Numbered from the stretch's first letter, positions 1 to 9,984 are shown. The stretch is DNA of 64,000 nt from Bdellovibrionota bacterium (GCA_041740355.1 JBGSMD010000051.1:32001-96000); one strand, 5' to 3'. The notes: generated by a model not told the origin, from the letters alone. Numbers and translations: made by a program.

Positions 1-1123
1 TATCAAATTTCATTTCTGATTTATAATTATAAATACTTTGAGGTGCTTTTGACCTATCAAAGATCGTTGGTAAATATTTTCGAGCAACTAGGATATTCGG
101 ATGTTCATCAGAATTACTTCCAGATGCCATAGTCATATTTTCATCAGCAAAATCAATTATCACAACTTTTCGATTACGTTTGTCATAATAATTTGAGAAT
201 GCACTACTTAAATGGTTATCAGCAAAACCATATCCAATGAATAAAATGGCATCGGATTCATACACTAGGCGATCTAATTCTGAATAATATGTCCGAAAAG
301 GGTGATGCAAATTCTGAACTGTTTTCCCATACCCTGCAATTATATTTGATTTTGGGAAAGTGATCCCCTCATTACTAAATTGCAAGTTTCTGCCACTAGA
401 ATTTCCATTAAACTTCTTATCTAATTCATTTTGCCAATGGATTTCATGGAGATTCTTTCTAATACTTTTCATGTTAAAATGGATAGAACCGTGCAAATGG
501 ACGAAGCAAGGCCATTCTTGTCTTTCAATAATTAATCCTTCATTGAAGGTGCCATTCGAATCAATAAAACCTGTGAGCTTATTTCCAGAACTACGATATA
601 AAATATTGTCATAATTAGTAGTTACTGTAGAAACCAAGTAACTCTCAGAAAGATTTTCATAAAAAGATTCAATTTCCCGATGAGATTCATTCCCTACATC
701 AATGCATTTTTGCCTAATATCCAACAACAGTTTATCAATTAAGAATTGACTTAAATCTTGAAGAGCACCCCTTGTTTTTCTATGATCGAAATTATTATTT
801 TTATTAGAATTTCTTAATGTAGGAATTTTTTCAAGCACAAAGAATGGATTATAAGAGGTAAGGGAAAATATTAAATATAATACATCTTCAAACGAAGGCT
901 TAATATTATAGTTGCTCGGCTTGCTATCTTTCCAATGCTGCTCAAGACTATCATAAAGAAATTTATATAAATTTTGATCTGGTATATCTTGAAAGAGAAA
1001 CCTTTCATCACAAATATCTAAAAAAGATCCATGAATAGCACTGACTGATGGCATTTTATATTCAATAGTGGCACCAGAGCCAGCAATAATTAGTAATTTC
1101 TTTTTAGATTTTTTAATTAACAC
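1..1123 (-). CDS. SIR2-like (SIR2_2) NAD+-hydrolase domain protein, 3' end truncated by window edge; not in ORF track
   Basis: Manual translation from GTG at 1123: LLIIAGSGATIEYKMPSV (GAGAS-like), VTTNYDNIL (~601-635), FVHLHGSIHF (~475-510), ILFIGYGFADNHL (~210-250); frame still open at position 1; starts 16 bp after hsdR stop. Confidence 0.85.
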   Translation of the reverse strand, partial: MLIKKSKKKLLIIAGSGATIEYKMPSVSAIHGSFLDICDERFLFQDIPDQNLYKFLYDSLEQHWKDSKPSNYNIKPSFEDVLYLIFSLTSYNPFFVLEKIPTLRNSNKNNNFDHRKTRGALQDLSQFLIDKLLLDIRQKCIDVGNESHREIESFYENLSESYLVSTVTTNYDNILYRSSGNKLTGFIDSNGTFNEGLIIERQEWPCFVHLHGSIHFNMKSIRKNLHEIHWQNELDKKFNGNSSGRNLQFSNEGITFPKSNIIAGYGKTVQNLHHPFRTYYSELDRLVYESDAILFIGYGFADNHLSSAFSNYYDKRNRKVVIIDFADENMTMASGSNSDEHPNILVARKYLPTIFDRSKAPQSIYNYKSEMKFD

Positions 1124-1139
1124 TTATAAATTTTTAATA

Positions 1140-3452
1140 CTAAGCCGCCTCATACAAATACTTCTGAAAATCAATAAAGGTATTACGAATTACTTTTACA
1201 TCCCCTAAGATCTTGCGGGCATCATCAAGTGCTTTATACTTAAGAGTTAATAAATCAGGTAATTTATCTTCATCAAGTTCCCCAACTCCTGTTTCAACAT
1301 ACTTACTGAGGACAAATTCTAAAAATTCCTTCTGTTCTTTGGAAAGCATTGTAAATATCTTACGCTGAGCTTGTTCAGATCTAGCTTCTCTTGTAAGTGG
1401 AGGAGTAGCAAAAGCTATATATTCAAGTACATCAAATAGATCACTTTTTTCAGCATTCACTAGCTCTTGTAACTCTCTAAGTGAATCAGTCCCATACCCA
1501 GCAATACTTAGTTTGTTTAAAAGTTCTTTTCTAGTAATTGGATTTGACCAAAGTTCTCTTAATTGTGCTTCGCTAACAAAGAATTTTGGTAGTTCACCAA
1601 ACAGATTATGAATAAATTCTTCAGATGAAATTGGCTTACCATCTGGACTCCAAAAAGAAGTTTGTATCATGTGCTGAATTTGACGTTCTTTACCATCTTT
1701 AAGTTTAATAACTAACTTCTTTCTTTTCTCTTTAGGCTCATCATCATCTTCTTCTTCCGTTTCTCCGTCATATGGTGGCTCTGGTTCTTTAACTACATCA
1801 GGCCTAACTACCGTTGCAGGTTCTTCTGGTTCTCCATCCCATTCAGGATCAGAGAAGTGATTGTAAGCATTTACAAAGTCGTAAATTGTAAAATAATACT
1901 TCCCATCAAATAATCGTGTTCCCCTGCCGACTATTTGTTTAAACTCAATCATTGAATTAACAGGACGCATTAAGACAATATTACGAACATTTCTAGCATC
2001 TACTCCCGTAGAAAGTTTTTGCGATGAAGTAAGAATTGTCGGAATAGTTTTTTCGTTATCTCTAAAGTCAGCTAAATGTTGATCGCCGATAGCTCCATCA
2101 TCAGCAGTAACTCTGGCGCAATAATTTGGATCTTTACTTTGCTTTTTTTGATTGATTAAATCTCTGACTGCGGCTGCGTGAAGCTGGGTTGCACAAAAAA
2201 CTATAGTTTTCTCTTTCTGATTAATGTCGTTTAGGAACAAATCAACTCTTTTAGCTTCTCGCTCTTTAATTTCAATAATTTTATTAAAATCAGATTCTGT
2301 ATACTTTTTCCCTTCTACAACTTCCCCCTCTACGACTGAATCATCAGAAGTGTAAACATAATCATCTAAAGTAGTCTGAATTCGCTTTACTTTAAATGGA
2401 GTTAAGAACCCATCATTAATCCCCTCTTTTAATGAATAAGTATAAACAGGCTCACCAAAATATTCATAAGTATCAACGTTATCTCTTCTTTTTGGAGTAG
2501 CAGTAAGTCCTAGCTGAACAGCAGGAGAGAAATACTCTAAAATCCCACGCCAATTGCTTTCATCTCTTGCTCCGCCTCTGTGGCACTCGTCGATGATGAT
2601 CAAATCAAAATAATCAGCAGGATATTCACCAAAATAAGGCTTCCCTTCAGGCCCAGTCATGAAAGTCTGAAAGATAGTAAAAAAGATACTACCATTAGTA
2701 AGTAATCTTCCTTGTTTTTTAATTTCTTTAGGTTCAATTCGAACTAAGGCATCCTCTGGAAATGCAGAGAAGTCATTAAAAGCTTGATTAGCTAAAGTGT
2801 TTCTATCTGCTAAGAATAAAATTCTTGGCTTTCTGCTACCATCTCTTTTTAAATTCCATTTAGTTTGAAATAATTTCCAAGCAATTTGAAAAGCAATAAA
2901 AGTCTTTCCTGTCCCAGTTGCTAAAGTAAGTAAGATTCGTTGCTTATTATTCGCAATTGCTTGCATGCACTTATCAACAGCAATTTCTTGATAAAAACGT
3001 GGATCTTTCGTGCCACCATTACTTTCAAATGGCACAGCATTAAAAATATCTCTCCACTGATTTGCTTCCCCAAAAGTTTTCTTCCAAAGATCTTCAGGGC
3101 TTGGAAAATTGGAAACAAGTTTTTCTTCTCCTGTTTCCATGCAGATCTGGTAAATTTCTTTACCATTTGTTGAAAATGTAGTTTTTAAGTGTAGTTTTTC
3201 TGCGTATAACTTAGCTTGAGCAACTCCTTCCCCAACTTCTTTTTCATCACTCTTAGCTTCAATGACTGCTAATTTCTTGCCTTGATAAGTTAAGATATAA
3301 TCAGCTGATAATTTACTTCCACGACCAATAGCTGATATCTTTCCTGCCGTAATTGGAAATTCTCGATATACTTTTGAAGCTTCATGCACGCCCCAACCTG
3401 CTTCAGCAAGCTTTGGGTCAATTAATTCAGCTCTAGTTTCTGCTTCGTTCAT
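1140..3452 (-). CDS. hsdR: Type I restriction enzyme R subunit (EcoAI/EcoEI-like)
   Basis: ADY...VIEAK nuclease motif, ATGTGKT Walker A, DECHRG, LTATP, STGVD, QIVGRGTR helicase motifs; follows hsdM/hsdS. Confidence 0.95.
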   Translation of the reverse strand: MNEAETRAELIDPKLAEAGWGVHEASKVYREFPITAGKISAIGRGSKLSADYILTYQGKKLAVIEAKSDEKEVGEGVAQAKLYAEKLHLKTTFSTNGKEIYQICMETGEEKLVSNFPSPEDLWKKTFGEANQWRDIFNAVPFESNGGTKDPRFYQEIAVDKCMQAIANNKQRILLTLATGTGKTFIAFQIAWKLFQTKWNLKRDGSRKPRILFLADRNTLANQAFNDFSAFPEDALVRIEPKEIKKQGRLLTNGSIFFTIFQTFMTGPEGKPYFGEYPADYFDLIIIDECHRGGARDESNWRGILEYFSPAVQLGLTATPKRRDNVDTYEYFGEPVYTYSLKEGINDGFLTPFKVKRIQTTLDDYVYTSDDSVVEGEVVEGKKYTESDFNKIIEIKEREAKRVDLFLNDINQKEKTIVFCATQLHAAAVRDLINQKKQSKDPNYCARVTADDGAIGDQHLADFRDNEKTIPTILTSSQKLSTGVDARNVRNIVLMRPVNSMIEFKQIVGRGTRLFDGKYYFTIYDFVNAYNHFSDPEWDGEPEEPATVVRPDVVKEPEPPYDGETEEEDDDEPKEKRKKLVIKLKDGKERQIQHMIQTSFWSPDGKPISSEEFIHNLFGELPKFFVSEAQLRELWSNPITRKELLNKLSIAGYGTDSLRELQELVNAEKSDLFDVLEYIAFATPPLTREARSEQAQRKIFTMLSKEQKEFLEFVLSKYVETGVGELDEDKLPDLLTLKYKALDDARKILGDVKVIRNTFIDFQKYLYEAA

Positions 3453-3500
3453 TTATAGTCTACTTTAGAATAATTCAAGCCTTATAGTCTAGTTAGTTTT

Positions 3501-4663
3501 TTAGGCAGATGCTTCCTGAATTGTAGATTCAGTTTCAGCAAGGAAGTTTTTGGTCAGTTCGCCACTAAAGGCTTTTTGGAGGAGGGATTTTTTTAATTGA
3601 TCGAGTAAGTTTAGTTTTTGTTGATATGTAGATTCTAAGGATTGTGAATAGTTTAAAATGGAATCTAATTTTTCAATAATATTACGTTGCTCAGTGATAC
3701 TAGGTAGATCAATTTTGAGATCTTTAATCATGCCTATCTTTAAAAATTTAGTTCCAGCACCGACTGATTGACCTTTAAAAAACTTTAAACTACTTAAAAG
3801 CTGAAAATAGAGATACCTATATAAAATTTTTTGTGATTCGTTCACTGTTATTACATATGTCCTCTGGTAAGCATTAAATTTACCTTGGTATGCTTCACAT
3901 TAAAATCACCAACAGCATTGTTTCCAGCTAATAAAATAGCCTCGCAGTCAAAAGCATACTGATTGATTTGAAAAATCTCCCTTGAACAAGTGAAAAAAGG
4001 ATATTTACCATTCTCATTCGCAGCATTTGCATCAAGCTTTCCAGTAGTAATATTGACTAAATTACCTAGTGGTTCTTTAACTGCATTCACCCCATGCAAA
4101 TATGAATCAAACAACTCTTTCACATTTTTTAAATTCTTTTCAGTATTCTCTTTGGCCTGAACAATAGCGGCAAAAACTTGATCAAGGATTTCGACGATGC
4201 GGCGTTGTTCTTGTAGTGAGGGGAGTAAAATTGGAAAACTTCTTAAATAACCAAGACCAACAAATTTCTGCGTAGTGCCTTTAGCATCAGCTAACATTTT
4301 TTGGATAACAAACTCACTCTCAAGATAGTATTTAAGAAAATTACTATTTTGAAGCTTGTTTGTCTTAAATAAAGCAACGTTCTTAATTGCAAAAGAGGGT
4401 GTTGCGTCCACGACAACAGGATTTCCTATAGTTCCAATCATTGCAAATAATACATCACCTTGATCGACTTTGCTTCTTTGATTGATTTTTAGATAATCAT
4501 CTTCAGAAATAAGATTAACATTATCAAAAAGTAGCTTTCCATTCTTTAAATTTTTAGAAGTAATTAAGGGAAATCCTTCTTTTTGATATTTAGGAGAATC
4601 ATGAGTTCCATCTCTAACATCATAAACATCAGAAAGTTTGGTTAATAACCAGTCTTGCTTCAT
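3501..4663 (-). pseudogene. hsdS: Type I specificity subunit split by a 1-bp frameshift (ORFs 3851-4663 and 3501-3845)
   Basis: TRD1 plus LPSLQEQRRIV conserved repeat in the first ORF, LPSITEQRNII...SLLQKAFSGEL in the second; adding one T at ~3890 gives continuous ...FNVKHYQGKFNAYQRTYVITVNESQK... Confidence 0.9.
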
Positions 4664-6114
4664 AACATCCCTCGAATCTCTTCCAGAATCCCAGCACTCT
4701 CTAAATCTAACTCTCTAATCTCTTCTAGAATCTCCTCTGGTGTCCTCAATTCAACTTCATCTTTCTTATTTGGATTCGTAGCAGACAGATCAAAAGTATT
4801 CTGATCAACATCTACCATCTGAATAGTCCAAGAGTTCTCTGAATCCCCTTTATTCTTTTGCAGTTTTACAAACTCAGCTAAATCATTCTCATTAAGTGGA
4901 TTAGTCTTACCAAGATTTCTATCTAAATTAAGTTGATAAAACCAAGTTTTTTTAGTTGGCGATCCTTTTTCAAAAAATAGTACTACTGTCTTAACTCCTG
5001 CCCCAGTAAATGTTCCACCTGGCAGATCAAGAACAGTGTGTAAGTTACAACTTTCTAGTAAGTGTTTTCTTAAAGAGACAGAAGCATTATCAGTGTTTGA
5101 TAAAAAAGTATTTTTAATAACAATCCCAGCTTTACCACCTGCTTTTAAAGTCTTAATAAAGTGTTGCAAAAACAAGAAAGCAGTTTCCCCAGTTTTAATA
5201 GGAAAGTTTTGTTGAACTTCAGCTCTTTCTTTGCCACCAAAAGGTGGATTAGCAAGAACTACATCAAAGCGATCTTTTTCCTGAATATCAGCAATGTTTT
5301 CTGCGAGAGTGTTTGTGTGAATAATGTTCGGGGCTTCAATCCCATGAAGAATCATGTTCATGATTCCAATAATATAAGCTAAGGATTTTTTTTCTTTTCC
5401 ATAAAAAGTGCTTTTCTGTAGAGTTTCGCTGTCTTTAGTTGATAAGTTTTTACTAGTGCTTAAGTATTCAAAAGCTTCTACTAAGAATCCAGCCGATCCT
5501 ACTGCCCCGTCATAAATCTTTTCCCCAATTTGTGGATCAACAACTTTAACAATGGTTTTGATTAAGGCTCTAGGGGTATAATATTCCCCACCATTTCGCC
5601 CAGCATTTCCCATGTTCTTAATTTTGTCTTCATACAAGTGAGACATTTCATGTTTTTCAGCATGGGAACGAAACCTAAGTTCATCAATCCTGTTAATAAC
5701 TTCTCTTAGGTTATAACCGCTTTGAACTCTGTTTTTTAATTCACTAAAGATTTCACCAATTTTATATTCAATTGTATCAGCACTATCAGCAGTTCTTTTA
5801 AAACTCTTAAAATAAGGAAACAGCTTATTATTAACATACTCAATTAAATCATCTCCTGTTAATGCTTTATGATGATCTAGCTTTCCGTCAGCTAGTTTGG
5901 GAGTTGCCCAAGTGTCCCACTGATATTCTTTGGAAACGATTTCTTGATACGACTTTCCCTTTAGTTCGGCTGCTAATTTCTTATCCTTTTCCAGATCGTC
6001 TAAGTACTTTAAGAATAAGACCCAAGAAGTTTGCTCTACATAGTCTAATTCACTGCCACACCCAGCGTCTTTGTGGAGGATGTCGTCGATATTTTTGAAG
6101 GTTTGTTCGAACAA
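4660..6114 (-). CDS. hsdM: Type I N6-adenine methyltransferase M subunit
   Basis: GEYYTPR, DGAVGSAGFL SAM-binding region, NPPF catalytic motif; ATGA overlap with hsdS. Confidence 0.95.
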   Translation of the reverse strand: MFEQTFKNIDDILHKDAGCGSELDYVEQTSWVLFLKYLDDLEKDKKLAAELKGKSYQEIVSKEYQWDTWATPKLADGKLDHHKALTGDDLIEYVNNKLFPYFKSFKRTADSADTIEYKIGEIFSELKNRVQSGYNLREVINRIDELRFRSHAEKHEMSHLYEDKIKNMGNAGRNGGEYYTPRALIKTIVKVVDPQIGEKIYDGAVGSAGFLVEAFEYLSTSKNLSTKDSETLQKSTFYGKEKKSLAYIIGIMNMILHGIEAPNIIHTNTLAENIADIQEKDRFDVVLANPPFGGKERAEVQQNFPIKTGETAFLFLQHFIKTLKAGGKAGIVIKNTFLSNTDNASVSLRKHLLESCNLHTVLDLPGGTFTGAGVKTVVLFFEKGSPTKKTWFYQLNLDRNLGKTNPLNENDLAEFVKLQKNKGDSENSWTIQMVDVDQNTFDLSATNPNKKDEVELRTPEEILEEIRELDLESAGILEEIRGML

Positions 6115-6179
6115 GGTAAAATCTTTAAAAAATAAAGTTAATTTATAACGTTTTTATTTATGTTATGCGATAGCAAAAT

Positions 6180-6785
6180 TCAACTCAATCTATGAATTAA
6201 CATTACTTCATAAACATCTTTAAACCATTTAACACTATTTAAGATTTCAACATAATCATCATTGGAAATAATCATATCAGATGCCATATAAGGATGAGTT
6301 ATATTATGTCGCACTTGAACAATATCAATAAAAAGTTTCCATTCAGTTGAATGCTTAGATAAATCAAATTTATTGCTAGTGATAAGAGATATTGATTTCA
6401 ATGTATTCTTAGATCTGTCCTTAAAACTCCGATAATCTTTGTAATCTTTATTACTTCTGTTTTCATGACCTTGCCTTACGAACGTATTAATCATGATTTT
6501 TTTGTCAGAAATTTTAACATCTTGGCTTTGAAGTATACGAATTAAAATAGAAAGTGGCTCCAACTTTGTTATCATCCCCTCTAAATAAGCATAACAAGCC
6601 CTAACCATAGCTCTTCTAAATATCTGGTCTGGAAATTCTAAGTCTGGAGTCGCTCTTTTTTCTTCAGATTGAGCTAAGCGCCCTAGACATTCTACCTCAA
6701 GCCACGCAATCTCATGAAGTTTTTTTGCGTCAACAATTTGTATGTCAAAAATATTTTTAAGTTTTATTAAGTTTGAATTTTTCAT
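6180..6785 (-). CDS. Putative HEPN-like RNase
   Basis: Rx4H motif (VRHNITHP) near C-terminus and upstream helix RRAMVRACYAYLEG; mostly helical, 201 aa. Confidence 0.6.
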   Translation of the reverse strand: MKNSNLIKLKNIFDIQIVDAKKLHEIAWLEVECLGRLAQSEEKRATPDLEFPDQIFRRAMVRACYAYLEGMITKLEPLSILIRILQSQDVKISDKKIMINTFVRQGHENRSNKDYKDYRSFKDRSKNTLKSISLITSNKFDLSKHSTEWKLFIDIVQVRHNITHPYMASDMIISNDDYVEILNSVKWFKDVYEVMLIHRLS

Positions 6786-7494
6786 TATCTACCTCCGTTT
6801 TAATTGATAATTGGCTAATTAAATGACTTAGCTCAAATGCTTCATTTTCAAACCTTAACTTCCAAATATAACGTGTAGTGACTCCATCTTCATCAACATA
6901 TTCCAAATCTGCTGAATAAGGCTCTTGAGTAATTAATATATCCTGCACTAATAAACCCACATTGCTTAGTTTTAAGCTCCAATTACCAATCAATCCGCCC
7001 AAGTTAATCGAACCAATAGAAATATCTGAAATCAAATTACTATCACAACTTTCTCGGTGTAGCTCAATCTCATTATTATGAAATTTATTTGTTTGAATAT
7101 ATTTAGCAAATTGATTAAGTTCTGAGTCACTTAATACTTCGGCAGCCATACAAATCCTTTCTTCTTCTGGCGTTGCTACTCTGGACTCGATGATAAGACG
7201 TGCTGTAATTACTGCTATTAATCTAGGACCTAGGTTACAAGATGCGGACAAACAAACTTTTCTATATGATTCAAATAAAACTTGGCTTTTTAATTCATCA
7301 TTAATAATTGAATCTAGCATTTTTTGAAGTTCCATAGAAAAACAATTATTGTCATTTTCTGTAGCAAGTATTTCAATAAATTTATTAAAAAAATTCTCTG
7401 CCCTTCGTTTGGACCACCTATCAATTATATGTTGAGAAAATTTTCCTAAAATATACTTTGTTCCAAATTCAATACTTTGTGAGATTAATTCCAT
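6757..7494 (-). CDS. Hypothetical protein overlapping the HEPN-like gene
   Basis: 245-aa ORF, 29-bp overlap with downstream gene, very AT-rich. Confidence 0.7.
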   Translation of the reverse strand: MELISQSIEFGTKYILGKFSQHIIDRWSKRRAENFFNKFIEILATENDNNCFSMELQKMLDSIINDELKSQVLFESYRKVCLSASCNLGPRLIAVITARLIIESRVATPEEERICMAAEVLSDSELNQFAKYIQTNKFHNNEIELHRESCDSNLISDISIGSINLGGLIGNWSLKLSNVGLLVQDILITQEPYSADLEYVDEDGVTTRYIWKLRFENEAFELSHLISQLSIKTEVDNEKFKLNKT

Positions 7495-7540
7495 TTTACT
7501 TATTTGATAAATTAAACTTATTAATAAACAGTAATAATTT

Positions 7541-7882
7541 TTATAAAATTATTTTGCGCTTGTAATTCTCTTGCTCCGCCTTAAAATACATCTCCACAAA
7601 CTCAATCTTCCTTTCTTCCGGATAGTAAGCATAAATAATCCTAAAACCTGAATCAGCCCCTCTCCCTTTTAAAGACTTACAAGCAAACTTCTTAACCTTA
7701 ATAATTACTGGATTCTCAAACCCTACCCCAGTAATTCGAAGAGTTGCTGGGGGATTAGGGTGCGTAAGCCCTTCCATGCTGAGATACTTTTTTAAGGTTT
7801 CTAAATCATCCTGAATAGTCCGAAATTTCTTTAGAAATCTCTTCAAATCCTTCTTGAATTCTGGAGTCTCAGAAAATTCCAC
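7541..7882 (-). CDS. RelE/ParE-superfamily toxin
   Basis: FSETPEFKKDLKRF N-terminus, KSLKGRGADSGFRIIYAY; abuts the antitoxin gene. Confidence 0.8.
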   Translation of the reverse strand: MEFSETPEFKKDLKRFLKKFRTIQDDLETLKKYLSMEGLTHPNPPATLRITGVGFENPVIIKVKKFACKSLKGRGADSGFRIIYAYYPEERKIEFVEMYFKAEQENYKRKIIL

Positions 7883-8689
7883 CTAAAACTCCTCCTCTGC
7901 TTCATCTTCAGCATAATCCCTAACTGAATAAGCAGGCGCTCTATAAAAAACTAACTCATAGTCAATAATCTCTTTATCCTTAGCTGCTTTCCAGGGCACA
8001 TCATCATGGGAATATTCACTTAACCACCTAGCACTTTTATCAGAAAACCTTTCAATTACATCATCTATGACTTTTTTTTCAGCGGCTGAGATTTTTTTAA
8101 GGTCAGGCTTAGCGATATTAACATATTTTTTTTGTAGTCGATCATGATATAAGCTTTGCTCAATTTTTAATTCCCCAAATTCTTCCATCTGTTTAACAAT
8201 TTCACCAAACTCTAATGGAACTGGTCCATACTGAAGTTTTCTATAAGTCGCTCCTGTTAATTGCTCTTCAAAAATTTCGTAAAAATTAAAATCTGCAAAA
8301 TAAAGAAGTTTATACAAAACAGTTTCGCCAACATTTGGCTTGCCTGAGCAACTATCTAGGATATAAAGGAGAACTTGTTTAAACTTCTCTACCTTATAAT
8401 GAGGGACAGAGATTCGCTCTTGGACTTTTTCTTTATTATATTTAGGTGCTTTTTCTAAAACGACTAGAGTTTGATTTTCTTGTCCTAGTAAGAAGTCAGC
8501 AGTGACATTAAAAATTTCAGATAGTTTTTTTAATTCGCTACTTGAAACTCCTCGCTCTCCCTTTTCTATTTGAGAGATTGCTGTTCTTGGGATTCCAAGT
8601 GCTTTTCCTAAGTCTTCTTGGGACAAGGAATGGGACATGCGTAATTCTAAAATACGATTAGTAAATTCTTCTAATTCTCTTTTGTTCAT
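7883..8689 (-). CDS. XRE-HTH + Panacea (DUF4065/SocA-like) antitoxin
   Basis: SQEDLGKALGIPRTAISQIEKG HTH; KLLYFADF, YGPVP, LSEYSH..PW Panacea motifs; probable start ATG 8689 (MNKRELEEF). Confidence 0.85.
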   Translation of the reverse strand: MNKRELEEFTNRILELRMSHSLSQEDLGKALGIPRTAISQIEKGERGVSSSELKKLSEIFNVTADFLLGQENQTLVVLEKAPKYNKEKVQERISVPHYKVEKFKQVLLYILDSCSGKPNVGETVLYKLLYFADFNFYEIFEEQLTGATYRKLQYGPVPLEFGEIVKQMEEFGELKIEQSLYHDRLQKKYVNIAKPDLKKISAAEKKVIDDVIERFSDKSARWLSEYSHDDVPWKAAKDKEIIDYELVFYRAPAYSVRDYAEDEAEEEF

Positions 8690-8796
8690 AGTGTGTTTAG
8701 TCAGTGTTATAAGTTTTATTATAACTGATGTTAGATTATCTTTCAATAAAATGTTTGATTTTCAGACACAGCCCGCTTATTACTAATAAATATGGG

Positions 8797-9786
8797 TTAT
8801 TTTAGCTTTAAAACCATCTCCCTCACCTGCTCCAACACCTTCTCTCTGAGTGTTAGTGGCTCCACCTCCCCCAAATACCTCCCAATACTCATCACCCTCC
8901 TCTCAATCTCCGGCGAAATCATCGCCTTCATCTTCCTCACTAACGTCTTCCCCTCCCAATTATCTTCTTGTGAGTCATGCCAAGTCTGCGAAGCGTAATA
9001 CTCCGCAGCTGGAGGAAGGATCTTGATGGTAATGTCTTCTAGTTTTCCACCAGAGTAAACTCCAAAACCTTCTAACCAGTTTTCATGGCCGGAATATTCT
9101 TTAGAGGCGTCTCTTTTAAATTCCAAAGGCGTAGTGATGATTGATAAGTCTTTAATAAAAGCGGCATTTAGAGTTTTGTAAGATCCAGTAGTATCTAAGA
9201 TTAATAAATAAAGATTACCATCAGAGTAATGAAGTTTTTTGATTTTACATTTATAGGATTTCTTCTGATCGTGGCGCCAAGGGGATTTATAAATGATTTC
9301 TAAGTTTTCTCCGGTAATTGCTGCCTGGAGCATGGGCATAATTCCCCAGTCGGCAATTTTAGCAACTGCTGTGAAATCACAAGAGAAGAAATCAGAAATT
9401 GGTTTTAGTTCTTTACTGATTTTAGGGTGAAGACTTTTAGCAAGATAATCAAAGTAAATATCATTAAGTTTTTGATTTAGGGTTTGATCGTTAATGAGCC
9501 CTAGGAAAGCTTTTGCTAAAACAAAAGCAGAGAGTTCATCTTTTCCTGGTGGGAGGATATCTGGGAAGGTGTAATCAGGTTTTAGTAAAAAGTAACCGTG
9601 TTTTTCTTGGTTGTATTCTAGGGGTACTAAGTACTCATCTCTTAATCTATTAATCACTCGCTGTGCCGTGTTAGCGGAGCAGGAAGTGCAAAGGGCAAGC
9701 TTTGAGGCATTAGGGAAAGATCCTGCTTTTAATTCTGATAAGAAGATGTTGGCTTTAGCAAGGAAGGAGCTACCATCGGAATACAT
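8797..9786 (-). CDS. wHTH-WYL(-WCX) transcriptional regulator
   Basis: N-terminal wHTH (NTAQRVINRLRDEYLVPLEYNQEKHGYFL), WYL-like region (LHYSDGNLYL), C-terminal WHDSQ and VEPLTLRE. Confidence 0.85.
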   Translation of the reverse strand: MYSDGSSFLAKANIFLSELKAGSFPNASKLALCTSCSANTAQRVINRLRDEYLVPLEYNQEKHGYFLLKPDYTFPDILPPGKDELSAFVLAKAFLGLINDQTLNQKLNDIYFDYLAKSLHPKISKELKPISDFFSCDFTAVAKIADWGIMPMLQAAITGENLEIIYKSPWRHDQKKSYKCKIKKLHYSDGNLYLLILDTTGSYKTLNAAFIKDLSIITTPLEFKRDASKEYSGHENWLEGFGVYSGGKLEDITIKILPPAAEYYASQTWHDSQEDNWEGKTLVRKMKAMISPEIERRVMSIGRYLGEVEPLTLREKVLEQVREMVLKLK

Positions 9787-9950
9787 CGGATTATTAATAA
9801 ATTAGTTAAATCTAGGGGAGAATAGTGGTTTTAACTAGTTATTAAATTTAAGGAATGGGGTGCATCAGGACGTGGGGTTTGGGGGGATTCGGGCTTAAAT
9901 CTCATCTAAATTATCACTGATTTTTAAAGTTTTTTATTGCCAATTCAACT

Positions 9951-9984
9951 AGAAGTAGTAAGGTATATATACCTTACTACTTCT
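9951..9984. repeat. Perfect 34-bp palindrome P1 (AGAAGTAGTAAGG-TATATATA-CCTTACTACTTCT)
   Basis: Read directly; extends to 9946-9989 with one mismatch; TTGCCA -35-like hexamer at 9937. Confidence 0.95.

Noticed and set aside
360-614. 84-aa plus-strand ORF
   Set aside because: Antisense shadow of the SIR2-like gene
3880-3900. Programmed frameshift or slipped-strand phase variation in hsdS
   Set aside because: No homopolymer, short tandem repeat or slippery heptamer at the site
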